Made by a program: the position numbers and the translations under genes. Shown here in pieces: positions 9,124 through 19,170 of a stretch of 24,000 nt of DNA. Source of the DNA: Candidatus Methanomethylicus mesodigestus (GTDB taxonomy: Archaea; Thermoproteota; Methanomethylicia; Methanomethylicales; Methanomethylicaceae); the NCBI GenBank assembly GCA_001717005.1, contig MAGS01000019.1:14978-38977 (forward strand), in the 5' to 3' direction. Position 1 is the stretch's first letter. Each line of letters opens with the position of its first letter. A model generated the notes under the pieces. That model was not told the origin of the DNA, did not search any database, and worked only from the letters and a program-made list of their open reading frames with translations.

Positions 9124-9725
9124 GCTCAATCAATGCATCCCAGTCTGATGGCCTCAAGCGTCTGATCGATGCGCTCTTCGAGGAGTCAAGGACTAAGGCA
9201 GAATCGGCGATCTATGACGCGGAGAGCAGGTCGCGTTCTATCCTGTCCGAGTCCGAGAAGTACTCGCTGAAGAAGGCCGAGGAGACGCTCAGTTCCTATG
9301 CTTCGATGGCAACGATTGAGTCTAGGAAGGAAGTCTCCAAGGCGGAGATCGAGGCTCGGATGTCGATGCTGCGCATGAAGAGCGACTACGTGGAGCGCGT
9401 CTTCGACGCTGCGAAGGTCCATCTTCTAGAATACACCGGATCCAAGGAGTACCTCTCGCGGCTTGCGAAGAGCATCCCCGCAGCAAGTGAGCGGATCGAT
9501 GCTGGCGAACTCCTCCTCAGCCAGCGTGACATCGACGCACTGGGAGCCAAGCTCAAGCGGATTGCCGGCAAGGGTGTGGCAGTCAGCCCCGCGAACATCG
9601 GGATAGGCGGCTTCATACTCGTCTCGAAAGACGGCAAGCTGTCGATCGACCGGACATTGGACGGCATGCTCTCCTCACAGAAGGAGAAGCTGCGCGGAAA
9701 AATTGCAGATGCACTGTTCAGGTGA
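9120..9725 (+). CDS. atpE: A-type ATP synthase subunit E (peripheral stalk)
   Basis: 201 aa, coiled-coil N-terminus and C-terminal '[39 protein letters not shown]'. GTG start, 4-nt overlap. Confidence 0.85.
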   Translation: MSSINASQSDGLKRLIDALFEESRTKAESAIYDAESRSRSILSESEKYSLKKAEETLSSYASMATIESRKEVSKAEIEARMSMLRMKSDYVERVFDAAKVHLLEYTGSKEYLSRLAKSIPAASERIDAGELLLSQRDIDALGAKLKRIAGKGVAVSPANIGIGGFILVSKDGKLSIDRTLDGMLSSQKEKLRGKIADALFR

Positions 9726-9730
9726 TTCAG

Positions 9731-11494
9731 ATGGCCATACAAGGAAAAATCGACAAGATTAGCGGCCCAGTAGTCCAGGCCGAGGGCGTATCGGGCCTGG
9801 AGATGCACGAGCTCACGATGGTTGGAGATGCCGAGCTCATAGGTGAGGTGGTGAGGATTGAGGGGACCTCTGCCACGATCCAGGTCTATGAGGAGACTGG
9901 CGGCCTCAAGCCCGGTGAAAAGGTGGTCGGGTCGGGCATGCCCCTGTCCGTCGAACTCGGTCCGGGTCTGCTGCAGAGCATCTACGACGGCATACAGCGA
10001 CCGCTGGACGTCATCAAGAATCTTACTGGCGACTTCATCGCTAGGGGCGTTAAGACGCCTGCCCTCTCGCGTACAGCGAAGTGGCATTTCGTTCCAACCG
10101 CGAAGGTTGGCGACAGCGTCATCGGCGGGGCGGTCTTGGGAACCGTACAGGAAACGCCTCTCTTCCAGCACCGGATACTTGTGCCGCCGAACGTAAGCGG
10201 AACCATCGCTGAGATCGCCGAAGAAGGCGATTACGTGATAGAACAAGTAATCTGCAGGCTGCGGGGGAAAGAGAAGGGCGTCACCGAACTGAAGCTTTAC
10301 CACAGGTGGCCGGTGAGGGAGCCGCGCCCTTACATCGAGAGGCTCGAGCCATCCGACCCGCTCATCACAGGCCAGAGGATCATCGATACCTTCTTCCCTG
10401 TCGCAAAGGGCGGCGCGGTCGCAATACCCGGCGGCTTCGGCACCGGAAAGACCATCACGTCGCACCAGCTTGCTGCATGGTCTGACGCAGAGATAATCGT
10501 CTACATAGGCTGCGGCGAGCGCGGTAACGAGATGACTGAGGTGCTTCTGACCTTCCCGGAGTGGAAGGACCCTAAGAGCGGAAGGCCGCTGATGGAGCGG
10601 ACCGTCCTGATCGCAAACACCTCAAACATGCCTGTCTCCGCGAGGGAGGCGAGCATCTACACCGGCGTGACTATCGCCGAGTACTTCCGCGATATGGGAT
10701 ACAACGTGGCGATCATGGCCGACTCCACTAGCCGTTGGGCCGAGGCCCTCAGGGAGCTCTCGGGGCGGCTCGAGGAGATGCCCGCCGAGGAGGGCTATCC
10801 ATCGTACCTCTCGTCAAGGCTTGGCGAGTTCTACGAGCGGGCGGGAAGGGTCAAGGCCCTCAATGAACAGCTGGGCTCAGTCACTCTCATCGGTGCAGTC
10901 TCCCCCCCTGGTGGCGACTTCTCGGAGCCGGTAACAGTGCACACCAAGCGGTTCGTCAGGACCTTCTGGGCCCTTGACAGCGCCCTCGCGAGCATGAGGC
11001 ACTACCCTGCCATCAACTGGCTCACCAGCTACTCTGAGTATACCGATTATGTCGAGAACTGGTGGAACGCCTTGACTAACGGGCTGTGGCGCCAGAGCAC
11101 GATCAAGGCAATGGACGTCCTGAAGAGGGAGGACGACCTCAAGGAGGTGATCAGGCTGGTGGGATCCGAGTCGCTGCCTGAGAACGAGAAGCTCGTGATG
11201 GAGGTCGCCAGGATGCTCAGGGAGGGCTTCCTGCAGCAGAATGCTTACGACCCTATAGACACCTACTCCTCGCCTGAGAAGCAGTTCAAGCTGCTCACGG
11301 CGATACTCTCGTTCTACGAAAATTCCACTAAGGCCGTATCTAAGGGCGTGCCCGTCTCGCGGATCATGGCGCTGCCCTCGCTCGCGGACATCTTCAAGCT
11401 CAGGATGTCCGTCCCGGGTGACAAGATCGACCTCATTGACAAGACTATCAACAAAATTAACTCCGACCTCAGCTCATTGGAGGGTAAATCCTGA
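9731..11494 (+). CDS. atpA: A-type ATP synthase catalytic subunit A
   Basis: P-loop region '[41 protein letters not shown]', '[31 protein letters not shown]'. ATG 9731 after AGGTGA; alternative GTG at 9722. Confidence 0.97.
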   Translation: MAIQGKIDKISGPVVQAEGVSGLEMHELTMVGDAELIGEVVRIEGTSATIQVYEETGGLKPGEKVVGSGMPLSVELGPGLLQSIYDGIQRPLDVIKNLTGDFIARGVKTPALSRTAKWHFVPTAKVGDSVIGGAVLGTVQETPLFQHRILVPPNVSGTIAEIAEEGDYVIEQVICRLRGKEKGVTELKLYHRWPVREPRPYIERLEPSDPLITGQRIIDTFFPVAKGGAVAIPGGFGTGKTITSHQLAAWSDAEIIVYIGCGERGNEMTEVLLTFPEWKDPKSGRPLMERTVLIANTSNMPVSAREASIYTGVTIAEYFRDMGYNVAIMADSTSRWAEALRELSGRLEEMPAEEGYPSYLSSRLGEFYERAGRVKALNEQLGSVTLIGAVSPPGGDFSEPVTVHTKRFVRTFWALDSALASMRHYPAINWLTSYSEYTDYVENWWNALTNGLWRQSTIKAMDVLKREDDLKEVIRLVGSESLPENEKLVMEVARMLREGFLQQNAYDPIDTYSSPEKQFKLLTAILSFYENSTKAVSKGVPVSRIMALPSLADIFKLRMSVPGDKIDLIDKTINKINSDLSSLEGKS

Positions 11495-12873
11495 TGACCG
11501 ACTCAATAGAATACCGTGGAGTGCACAAAATCAGCGGCCCCCTCATATTCGTGGAGGGCATCACGGGCGTTGGATTCAACGAGCTGGCCGAGATCAGGGG
11601 CGATGACGGCGAGACCCGGCGCGGGAGGGTCCTCGAGATATCCTCCGGCGTCGCTGCCGTCGAGGTATTCGAGGGCACAACAGGCCTCTCGACCACATCG
11701 ACATCCGTGAAGTTCCTTGGCAGGCCGCTCACCATACCCCTCTCGACCGAGATGCTCGGGCGCGTCTTCAACGGCCTGGGCGAACCGGCAGACGGCGGCC
11801 CGGTGCCATTCACAGAGGACTACAGGGACGTCAACGGGCTGCCCATGAATCCGTACTCACGGGACTACCCGACGCAGTTCATACAGACCGGCGTCTCGGC
11901 GATAGACGGCATGGACACACTCGTCAGGGGGCAGAAGCTGCCAATATTCTCCGGCTCAGGTCTTCCGCACAACCTGCTCGCCACGCAGATCGCAAGGCAG
12001 GCTACGATCAGGGGCGAGAAGGAGGGCTTCGCTGTGGTATTCGCCGCGATGGGGATCAAGCACGACGAAGCCGCCTTCTTCAAGAGGAGCTTTGAGGAGT
12101 CGGGCGCGCTGAAGAACTCCGCCATATTCCTCAACCTGGCAGACGACCCCGCAGTCGAGCGTCTGGTAACGCCGAGGAGCGCACTCACGCTCGCGGAGTA
12201 CCTTGCGTTCGAGCAGGACATGCACGTCCTGGTTGTCATAACCGACATGACAAACTACGCGGAGGCGTTGAGGGAGATCAGCGCGGCAAGGGAGGAGGTG
12301 CCCAGCAGGAAGGGCTACCCCGGATACATGTACAGCGACTTCGCATCCATATACGAGCGCGCGGGGAGGATCAAGGGCAGGAAGGGGAGCATAACGCAGA
12401 TGCCCGTCCTCACGATGCCCAACGACGATATCACCCACCCCATCCCTGACCTCACCGGATACATCACCGAGGGCCAGATCGTGGTCGACAGGGACCTCCA
12501 CAGGCGGGGCATATACCCTCCGGTCAACATCCTGCCGAGCCTCTCCAGGCTCATGAAGGACGGCATCGGCAAGGGCAAGACAAGGGAAGACCACGGCCAG
12601 GTGACGAGCCAGCTCTACTCGGCCTACTCCAAGGCGCAGGAGCTCCGGTCGCTCAGCGCCATCATAGGCGAGGAGGGCATGACCGACAAGGACCGGGACT
12701 ACCTCAAGTTCGGGGAGGCATACGAGCAGCGCTTCCTCAGGCAGAAGTTCGACGAGAACCGGACCCTCGAGACGACCCTTGATCTGGCGTGGCAGATGCT
12801 CTCTGTTCTGCCCGAGTCCGAGTTGTCAAGGATATCTGACAAATACGTGAAGGCATACTACAAGAGATCATGA
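11494..12873 (+). CDS. atpB: A-type ATP synthase subunit B
   Basis: '[15 protein letters not shown]', '[19 protein letters not shown]', '[22 protein letters not shown]'. Confidence 0.97.
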   Translation: MTDSIEYRGVHKISGPLIFVEGITGVGFNELAEIRGDDGETRRGRVLEISSGVAAVEVFEGTTGLSTTSTSVKFLGRPLTIPLSTEMLGRVFNGLGEPADGGPVPFTEDYRDVNGLPMNPYSRDYPTQFIQTGVSAIDGMDTLVRGQKLPIFSGSGLPHNLLATQIARQATIRGEKEGFAVVFAAMGIKHDEAAFFKRSFEESGALKNSAIFLNLADDPAVERLVTPRSALTLAEYLAFEQDMHVLVVITDMTNYAEALREISAAREEVPSRKGYPGYMYSDFASIYERAGRIKGRKGSITQMPVLTMPNDDITHPIPDLTGYITEGQIVVDRDLHRRGIYPPVNILPSLSRLMKDGIGKGKTREDHGQVTSQLYSAYSKAQELRSLSAIIGEEGMTDKDRDYLKFGEAYEQRFLRQKFDENRTLETTLDLAWQMLSVLPESELSRISDKYVKAYYKRS

Positions 12874-12893
12874 TGGTTGCGGAGTGAATCCCC

Positions 12894-13523
12894 TTGTCTA
12901 CGAAAGCCGCCCCCTCGAAGATGAACCTCATACGCTTCAGGAGGACCCTCTCCTTCCTCAGGCGGGCGCATGACCTGCTGGAGGAGAAGCGGGACATCCT
13001 GCTGCTGGAGGTCAGCAGGCGCCTCGGGGAGGCGACAAAGGTCAGGGGGGAGCTCAACGCCGTACTGAAGAGCGCCTACGCATCGCAAGATGCCGCGGCC
13101 ACCGCGGTGGGGACCGACGAGCTGAAAAAGATATCCGAGTCTCCAATCGCGACTTTTCAGGTCAACGCCTCAAACAAGAAGATAATGGGCGTGACAACCT
13201 TAGCGCTTGAACTGACGGATCTTAAGCGGTCCCTCACATACAGCATATCTCGACCGACCGTCCTCATAGACGACGCCGCCGAGAAGTTCCTCGAAGCGAT
13301 ACCCGTGATCGTCAGAGTAGCCGAGCTCGAGAGCACCCTCATCAATCTGGTCGAGGAGGTCAAGAGGACGCAGAGGCGCATAAACGCGCTCGAGCAGTTT
13401 CTGATACCCCGGTACGAAGAGACTGTCCTGCTGATAGCGGGCATCCTCGAGGAGAGGGACAGGGAGGAGTTCGTCAGGGTCAAGAAGGTAAAATCCTTGA
13501 TAGAGAAACGAGCACAAAGGTGA
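12894..13523 (+). CDS. atpD: A-type ATP synthase subunit D
   Basis: 209 aa; 'RRTLSFLRRAHDLLEEKRDILLLEV' and 'EEVKRTQRRINALEQFLIPRYEETV'. TTG start preceded by GGAG. Confidence 0.93.
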   Translation: MSTKAAPSKMNLIRFRRTLSFLRRAHDLLEEKRDILLLEVSRRLGEATKVRGELNAVLKSAYASQDAAATAVGTDELKKISESPIATFQVNASNKKIMGVTTLALELTDLKRSLTYSISRPTVLIDDAAEKFLEAIPVIVRVAELESTLINLVEEVKRTQRRINALEQFLIPRYEETVLLIAGILEERDREEFVRVKKVKSLIEKRAQR

Positions 13524-13528
13524 CCTAG

Positions 13529-14061
<533 letters not shown>

Positions 14062-14077
14062 CCCTGGGTGCGATCTG

Positions 14078-16039
14078 ATGCTACGCCCGGTAGGAATGTC
14101 GCACGCTTCCGTCATTTTTCTAAAGTCTGACGTTGAGGAAGCGATGAGCACTCTTAATTCCTACGGGGCGTTCCATCTCTCCCTAAAGGAGATCGAGGGG
14201 CAGAACCCCTCACAACTGATCGAGAGGGCACAGGACCTCGGCAACAGGGTGAAGGATCTCTTAGGCAGGGCAGCATCGATACTCGGGGACTCCCCTTCAG
14301 ATGCAGGGCGCGGCGCTCCAGTCGTCTCTCAGGAGTGGGGTGCACTCTTCGACCAGATCGACTCGGAGCTTGGCCCATATGAAAAGGAGGTCCGGTCCAT
14401 CGAATCGGTCGTCAGCCGCCAGCACCAATCGCAGTCGGCGCTCCAGGCATGGAAATCCATCTCCGCAGAGTTGGATGGGATATCCGGCCTAGACTCTCTC
14501 CCCGAGTTCAGGAGGCTGAAGCTCCTCTTCCTTGCTCCCAAGGGCGCCTTGGAGGCGAAGGTAGAACCTGAGCTCCCCAAGGAGGCGCTTCTGGTGCACC
14601 GGTTTGCGGCCGTGCCGGTCTTCCTTGTGGCGTGCAGGAGCGGGGACGAGGCGGAGGTGCTCCACGCCGCAGAGGAGTCCGAATTCAAGCAGCTCGACAG
14701 AATTGATGGCATGCCAAGCAGGCTAGGCGAGCTCGCGCAGTTCCTGTCCAAGTTCGAGTCCGATCTGCAGTCCGAGTCAGTGCGGAATGAGGCGTCGATA
14801 AAGTCGCTGCGCCGCATAAAGCCTAGGATAGACTATTTCTCAACCGTACTCTCAGACGCAAACGCCGTCCTTGACATCAAGAACAGGTCTGCGATCGAGA
14901 AGAACTGGGCTATGATCGAGGGGTTCGTGCCGACCAAGAAGGTCGAGCCGCTCAACAGGGCGCTCTCGGAGAGCCTCGGCGGGCGGTTCATACCATTCAT
15001 CAAGGTCGAGAGGGACGCGCCGCAGACGCCGGTGACCTATCACTACCCCAAATTCCTCAGGATCTTCGACTCGATAACAAACCTATACGGGACGCCATCC
15101 TACAACGAGATAAACCCGACGCCCATACTCGCGGTGACCTTCCCGCTCTTCTTCGGCCTCATGTTTGGGGACCTGGGGCACGGGCTAGCCCTGGCCGCCA
15201 TCGGCGCATTCATGTACAAGAGAGTGAAGTCGATGAGGGGCATCGGGCACGTCCTCATGATCGCGGGGCTTGCGGGCGCGCTCGTAGGCGGTCTATTGTA
15301 TGGCGAGGTCTTCGGAAAGGCGATCTCCAACTATCTGCCCTACCATGCGCCCCTCCACATCCCGGAGGGCGAGGCCGAGTTTCTGTCGTACCTGATGCAG
15401 ATCATCAAGCTGACCCTCTTCATAGGCATAGGCCAGATCTCTCTGGGGCTGGGCCTATCCATAGCGAACAACTTCATCCAGCGTAAGTGGGCCGAGGCGT
15501 TCCTCGTGAGGGTCCCCAAGCTTCTGTTCTACTTCGCCCTCATGTATGTCGTCTTCACAACCCGCCTGGAGATCATGACGTGGTTCGACGGGCCTATCTA
15601 CCTCATTCTGGCGCCCGTCCTCTTCCTGCTGCTCGCCTCGCCGATTTACGCCATGGTCAAGCATGGGAGGCGCGAGGGGCTGGGCCATCTGGGCGAGATG
15701 GGGTTCGACCTCTTCGAGACCGCAATCGCATTCACGTCAAATACCGTCTCTTATCTCCGAATCTTCGCAATGGTAATCGCACACATCGAGCTCATGGCAG
15801 TCTTCTACAGCCTCGCGGCGATGACTGCCGGCGCGCAGTTCGGCTTCCTCTTCTCGGGGCTTCTCATCGTGGCCGGCAACATCTTCGTCGTGCTGCTTGA
15901 GGGAATTTTGGCGCTTGCTCAGGACCTGAGGCTGCACTTCTACGAGTGGTTCAGCAAGTTCTACCAGGACAGCGGGGTCCGGTTCTCGCCGTTCAGGCTC
16001 GCGCTGGGCGTGCCGGTCTCAAAGAAGGCTGCCCAGTGA
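14078..16039 (+). CDS. atpI: A-type ATP synthase subunit I/a (membrane stator)
   Basis: 653 aa; 'YNEINPTPILAVTFPLFFGLMFGDLGHGLAL' and 'FETAIAFTSNTVSYLRIFAMVIAHIELM'. Confidence 0.93.
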   Translation: MLRPVGMSHASVIFLKSDVEEAMSTLNSYGAFHLSLKEIEGQNPSQLIERAQDLGNRVKDLLGRAASILGDSPSDAGRGAPVVSQEWGALFDQIDSELGPYEKEVRSIESVVSRQHQSQSALQAWKSISAELDGISGLDSLPEFRRLKLLFLAPKGALEAKVEPELPKEALLVHRFAAVPVFLVACRSGDEAEVLHAAEESEFKQLDRIDGMPSRLGELAQFLSKFESDLQSESVRNEASIKSLRRIKPRIDYFSTVLSDANAVLDIKNRSAIEKNWAMIEGFVPTKKVEPLNRALSESLGGRFIPFIKVERDAPQTPVTYHYPKFLRIFDSITNLYGTPSYNEINPTPILAVTFPLFFGLMFGDLGHGLALAAIGAFMYKRVKSMRGIGHVLMIAGLAGALVGGLLYGEVFGKAISNYLPYHAPLHIPEGEAEFLSYLMQIIKLTLFIGIGQISLGLGLSIANNFIQRKWAEAFLVRVPKLLFYFALMYVVFTTRLEIMTWFDGPIYLILAPVLFLLLASPIYAMVKHGRREGLGHLGEMGFDLFETAIAFTSNTVSYLRIFAMVIAHIELMAVFYSLAAMTAGAQFGFLFSGLLIVAGNIFVVLLEGILALAQDLRLHFYEWFSKFYQDSGVRFSPFRLALGVPVSKKAAQ

Positions 16040-16079
16040 GCCACTAAGGGCTCATGTGCAGCTAAAAATTCCTAAAAAT
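16037..16079. terminator. Convergent intergenic terminator region
   Basis: Inverted repeat TGAGCC-ACTAAG-GGCTCA (16037-16054) next to CTAAAAATTCCTAAAAAT (16062-16079). The latter reads as two T5 tracts on the minus strand, downstream of atpC. Confidence 0.5.
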
Positions 16080-16088
16080 CTGACCAGA

Positions 16089-17036
16089 TCAAATCAGGTA
16101 GCTCTGGACCAGGCTCTTCTGGTCCACGCCGCGCTCGATGGCATTCGCAACCCTGATGAGGTTGCCGACCTCGTTGGACTTCAGCTCCAGGTATCCGAGG
16201 ATCGCGCCGATCTCCCCGTAACCTTTGTAGTAAGCCCTCTGCAGCTGTGCTGCTATCCTCTTCTCGTACTCCCTCTCGAGCTCCCTGGGCGTCTCTGCCT
16301 TGGGGACTCCTTTGCCCTCCAGATATGCGAATGCCTTGGCTTGGGTGCCTGCCTTGAGCGCCTCCACGAGTTCCGCCCTCCTGAGCGCCCCCTCTTTCAC
16401 CAGGAGCACCTCCTCAATGGCCTTGGGATCTATGCCGTTCTTCAGCCCCCTCAGAATCGTGACGACGTTGTAGAGGTCGACCTTGAGCCTCAGGTAACCC
16501 AGAAGCGGCTCCCCCTCCCCCTTCATCCCCTCAAGGAAAGTTGCCAGCTTAATGAGCCTGCACCTTACGAATACCGACTCGATAAGCGCAGGGACCGGAT
16601 GCTTCGCATACAGTTTCTCGGCGGCCTCCGCCTCCTCGCCGTACCCCATCCTCTTCAGCGCCTTGAGCGCATCCTGCTTGCCCTGCTTCTTCAGCGGAGT
16701 CTTCACCTGGGCCTCGCCTATTACCCCCAAGTGCCACTTCAGAAGCTCCACCGCCTCTCCCTCCTGCGCCTGCCTCTTGATCAGCGTGAAGAAGTCTGCC
16801 GCCTCCGGGGTGACCTTCGCGAACTCGTCAACCTCCTTGAAGAAGCCCTCCTTCAGGACCGCCTCATACTCCACGAGGTCCGCAGACGCATTGGCTAGGT
16901 CGGGGTAGTTTGGCTTGATCCGGTTGATCACGTCCTTCAGTTCCTTCTGCGAAGCCAGCTCCATAATCTGCTGCTCTGTCAGGAGCTTCCCCTTACGCCC
17001 CGACGCCTTGACGGCAGCATACGTGAAGTCCGGCAT
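16089..17036 (-). CDS. atpC: A-type ATP synthase subunit C
   Basis: 315 aa; 'LLGYLRLKVDLYNVVTILRGLKNGID', 'KGYGEIGAILGYLELKSNEVGNLIRVANAIERGVD'. ATG at 17036 follows GGAGGAG; the listed start at 17102 overlaps the upstream gene. Confidence 0.92.
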   Translation of the reverse strand: MPDFTYAAVKASGRKGKLLTEQQIMELASQKELKDVINRIKPNYPDLANASADLVEYEAVLKEGFFKEVDEFAKVTPEAADFFTLIKRQAQEGEAVELLKWHLGVIGEAQVKTPLKKQGKQDALKALKRMGYGEEAEAAEKLYAKHPVPALIESVFVRCRLIKLATFLEGMKGEGEPLLGYLRLKVDLYNVVTILRGLKNGIDPKAIEEVLLVKEGALRRAELVEALKAGTQAKAFAYLEGKGVPKAETPRELEREYEKRIAAQLQRAYYKGYGEIGAILGYLELKSNEVGNLIRVANAIERGVDQKSLVQSYLI

Positions 17037-17041
17037 TCTGC

Positions 17042-17374
17042 CTACTCCTCCTCGGTCGAGCCCATGCTGCTCGCAGTTGCCTTGACCACGTCGTCGACGC
17101 ACGAGTCGAAGTTCTTCTTCGCCTTCGCCTCTGCATCGGCAGCCCTGTCTCTGCCATCCTTCATTATCTTCGAGGCCTCCTCCTTCGCTTCCGCCACCTT
17201 CTTTGAGAGCATGGCCTCTCCCGCCGCCTTGGCCTTTGAGCTCAGGTCAGACTCTATCTTACGGCTCTCGGCCTCTGCAGCCTTGACCAGCTCCGCTGCC
17301 TTCTCCTTCCCTTCAGCCTCGATGCCATCCGCCGCAATCTCCGCCTCTTTCAAAGCCTTCAATACTTTGTCCAT
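17042..17374 (-). CDS. atpH: A-type ATP synthase subunit H-like coiled-coil protein (peripheral stalk)
   Basis: 110 aa, Ala/Lys/Glu-rich continuous helix 'MDKVLKALKEAEIAADGIEAEGKEKAAELVKAAEAES...'; directly upstream of atpC. Confidence 0.7.
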   Translation of the reverse strand: MDKVLKALKEAEIAADGIEAEGKEKAAELVKAAEAESRKIESDLSSKAKAAGEAMLSKKVAEAKEEASKIMKDGRDRAADAEAKAKKNFDSCVDDVVKATASSMGSTEEE

Positions 17375-17375
17375 G

Positions 17376-18152
17376 TCAATACCTTCTTGCTGAAACTATA
17401 TACCCCGTATGGCCTACCATCACCATATCGGGCCTCGTCTCATTATACTTTACCTTGTAAGTCCTCATTATGAGCTCAAGCGCCTTCACATTGACGAAGC
17501 CTGCCGCGTTCAGCGCCTCGACAGTCTTCTCGACTTGGTTGATCGTCGGGCTGAAGCTGACGACCCTGCCGCCCATCCTCAGTGCCCCCTTGACCTTATC
17601 GATGATCATCCACGGCGTCGCCATGTCAAGGACAACCGCATCGACCTCCGTCTCGTCGATCCCCGTGGTGATGTCCTTCAGCTTCATCTCCACATACGGT
17701 GTGAGCCTAAGCTTCTCGAGGTTCTTCCGCGCATTCGCCTGGAATTCCTCCCTCACCTCATATGTATAGACCCTGCCTGTCGGTGCGACATGGGTTGCCA
17801 GGTAGCTGGTAAGCGCCCCGCTGCCGGTCCCGCACTCGACCACCCTCGACCCTGGCTTGACATTTGCCAGCATGGTTATCAGCGCGGTGTCCTTCGGATA
17901 GATTACCTGCGTCCTCCTCATTATCCTCTCGAGGTGGTCCAGGTAGTCCGAGGGGATCACCCTGAGCGTTGACCCGAGGGTCGTCCTCACCTCCGTCCCG
18001 TAGGGCTTTCCAATCAGCCCTTCAAGGTCGACCAGGCCCCTGTGGGTGTGGAACTTCTTCCCCCCCTCTATCCTGACTAGCCAGCTCTTCTTCTCGTTGA
18101 CGTAGAGGATCGCCTCGTCGCCCTCCGCAATGAGCTTGGGGTCGCCGGACAT
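17376..18152 (-). CDS. trmI: tRNA (adenine-N1)-methyltransferase, TrmI family (m1A57/58)
   Basis: 258 aa; SAM motif 'VVECGTGSGALTSYLATHVAPTGRVYTYEVREEF', 'RRTQVIYPKDTALITMLANVKPGSRV', 'VVLDMATPW'. Confidence 0.9.
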   Translation of the reverse strand: MSGDPKLIAEGDEAILYVNEKKSWLVRIEGGKKFHTHRGLVDLEGLIGKPYGTEVRTTLGSTLRVIPSDYLDHLERIMRRTQVIYPKDTALITMLANVKPGSRVVECGTGSGALTSYLATHVAPTGRVYTYEVREEFQANARKNLEKLRLTPYVEMKLKDITTGIDETEVDAVVLDMATPWMIIDKVKGALRMGGRVVSFSPTINQVEKTVEALNAAGFVNVKALELIMRTYKVKYNETRPDMVMVGHTGYIVSARRY

Positions 18153-18187
18153 AATGGTTTGCCGTATTCGATTTCGACGCTCTCAGA

Positions 18188-18195
18188 TATTAAAT
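18188..18195 (-). promoter_or_regulatory. Candidate TATA box for trmI-atpH-atpC
   Basis: TTTAATAT on the minus strand about 36-43 nt upstream of the trmI ATG (18152). Confidence 0.4.
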
Positions 18196-18225
18196 GTATT
18201 GGTGGGCGTCCCTGACCCGCACGGG

Positions 18226-18237
18226 CGGCAGCTGCCG
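18226..18237. repeat. Perfect 12-nt palindrome CGGCAGCTGCCG
   Basis: Self-complementary; outer bases give an imperfect extension (CGGGCGGCAGCTGCCGTCTG). Lies between divergent trmI and acylphosphatase genes. Confidence 0.6.
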
Positions 18238-18395
18238 TCTGCACTGCCTTATGCGCCTCCCTGCCGCCCCGATTCCTCTCTGCCTGCGTCTAAATGAAAA
18301 TCGAAAATGCTTACCAAACGACTGCGGATAATATGTTTTTTATAGTATTATTGTATTACATTCACACATTGGGGAAAATCGCCTTGTCGGCTCGG

Positions 18396-18659
18396 ATGAA
18401 GATACGCGTCTCTGGCACCGTGCAGGGGGTCGGGTTCAGGTACTTCGCCTTCAGAACTGCCCGCAGGCTCTCGCTTGGCGGCTACGTCAAGAACAAGTCC
18501 GACGGCAGCGTGGAAGTGGTCGCAGAGGGAGACAAGACAAAGCTGCTTAATCTGGTGGAGGAGCTGAGGATAGGCCCCCCCGGTTCATGCGTTGAGAACC
18601 TTGGCCTGGAATGGGAGGATCCCAAGAACGAATTCGACACCTTCAGGATCTTGAGGTGA
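18396..18659 (+). CDS. acyP: Acylphosphatase
   Basis: 87 aa 'MKIRVSGTVQGVGFRYFAFRTARRLSLGGYVKNKSDGSVEVVAEG' with catalytic Arg and Asn motifs. The listed start at 18294 adds a 34-aa unlikely extension over the AT-rich promoter region. Confidence 0.93.
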   Translation: MKIRVSGTVQGVGFRYFAFRTARRLSLGGYVKNKSDGSVEVVAEGDKTKLLNLVEELRIGPPGSCVENLGLEWEDPKNEFDTFRILR

Positions 18660-18675
18660 TACCTTCTCTGCACTC

Positions 18676-18712
18676 TTTTTTCGTAATGGCATATGCGTTT
18701 TTACTATTTTTA
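18676..18712 (+). terminator. U-rich archaeal terminator downstream of acyP
   Basis: T6 at 18676-18681, followed by further T5 runs (GTTTTTAC, ATTTTTAAT). Confidence 0.5.
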
Positions 18713-18792
18713 ATAAAACTAGGCTCCTTCAATTTGTTAATTGTTCGATTCCATAACTTTAACTGTTAAGCTTAGCTTGCAGTATAACCTTC

Positions 18793-18801
18793 CTATATAA
18801 G
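18793..18801 (+). promoter_or_regulatory. TATA box for the nuo-like hydrogenase operon
   Basis: CTATATAAG in AT-rich intergenic DNA, about 37-45 nt upstream of the ATG at 18838. Confidence 0.6.
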
Positions 18802-18837
18802 AAAAACATATATGGGGTCCCTTTTTACGCACTATTG

Positions 18838-19170
18838 ATGCTTATGCCCGCAGAATTACTGAGCAATCCTGTGGCAATCTTCCTCATCTCTTTAGTGGTT
18901 GCCAGCTTGGTATATCTGCTCGGTCGCTCGAAGAGCGTACCGCACCCCGACAAGGCCGCGCCGTATGCCTGCGGCGAGAGCGTGGCTGCGGAGCGCGAGC
19001 CGGTCAGCATACACATCTTCGAATTCGCAGCGGTATTCCTAGTCTTCGACGTGATCGCCATTATGTTGGTCTTTGCCTTCGATACCGCTTACCCCATACT
19101 CCCAGTCGCATACGTGGCGCTGGCCGCGGTCGCCCTCTACTCCCTCCCTGTATTCAGGAGGCGGCGCTGA
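18838..19170 (+). CDS. nuoA: NuoA/FpoA-like membrane subunit
   Basis: 'KAAPYACGESVAAEREPVSIHIFEFAAVFLVFDVIAIMLVFAF' matches the NuoA 'YxCG...FliFDvE' pattern, with Ile at the usual Glu. Alternative starts 18835 (TTG) and 18844 (ATG). Confidence 0.78.
   Translation: MLMPAELLSNPVAIFLISLVVASLVYLLGRSKSVPHPDKAAPYACGESVAAEREPVSIHIFEFAAVFLVFDVIAIMLVFAFDTAYPILPVAYVALAAVALYSLPVFRRRR

Noticed and set aside
9386-10465. 359-aa minus-strand ORF antisense to atpE/atpA
   Set aside because: No recognisable domain, Arg/Leu-rich composition typical of antisense frames in GC-rich coding DNA, fully opposite strongly supported genes.
11956-12594. 212-aa minus-strand ORF antisense to atpB
   Set aside because: No domain signature; lies wholly opposite the highly conserved atpB coding sequence.
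16056-16898. 280-aa plus-strand ORF
   Set aside because: Antisense to atpC, whose minus-strand protein matches subunit C with a good ribosome-binding site; the plus-strand translation has no family signal.
18294-18395. 34-aa N-terminal extension of the acylphosphatase ORF
   Set aside because: Acylphosphatases are about 90 aa and begin just before the 'VSGxVQGVGFR' motif. The extension covers the AT-rich promoter-like region.
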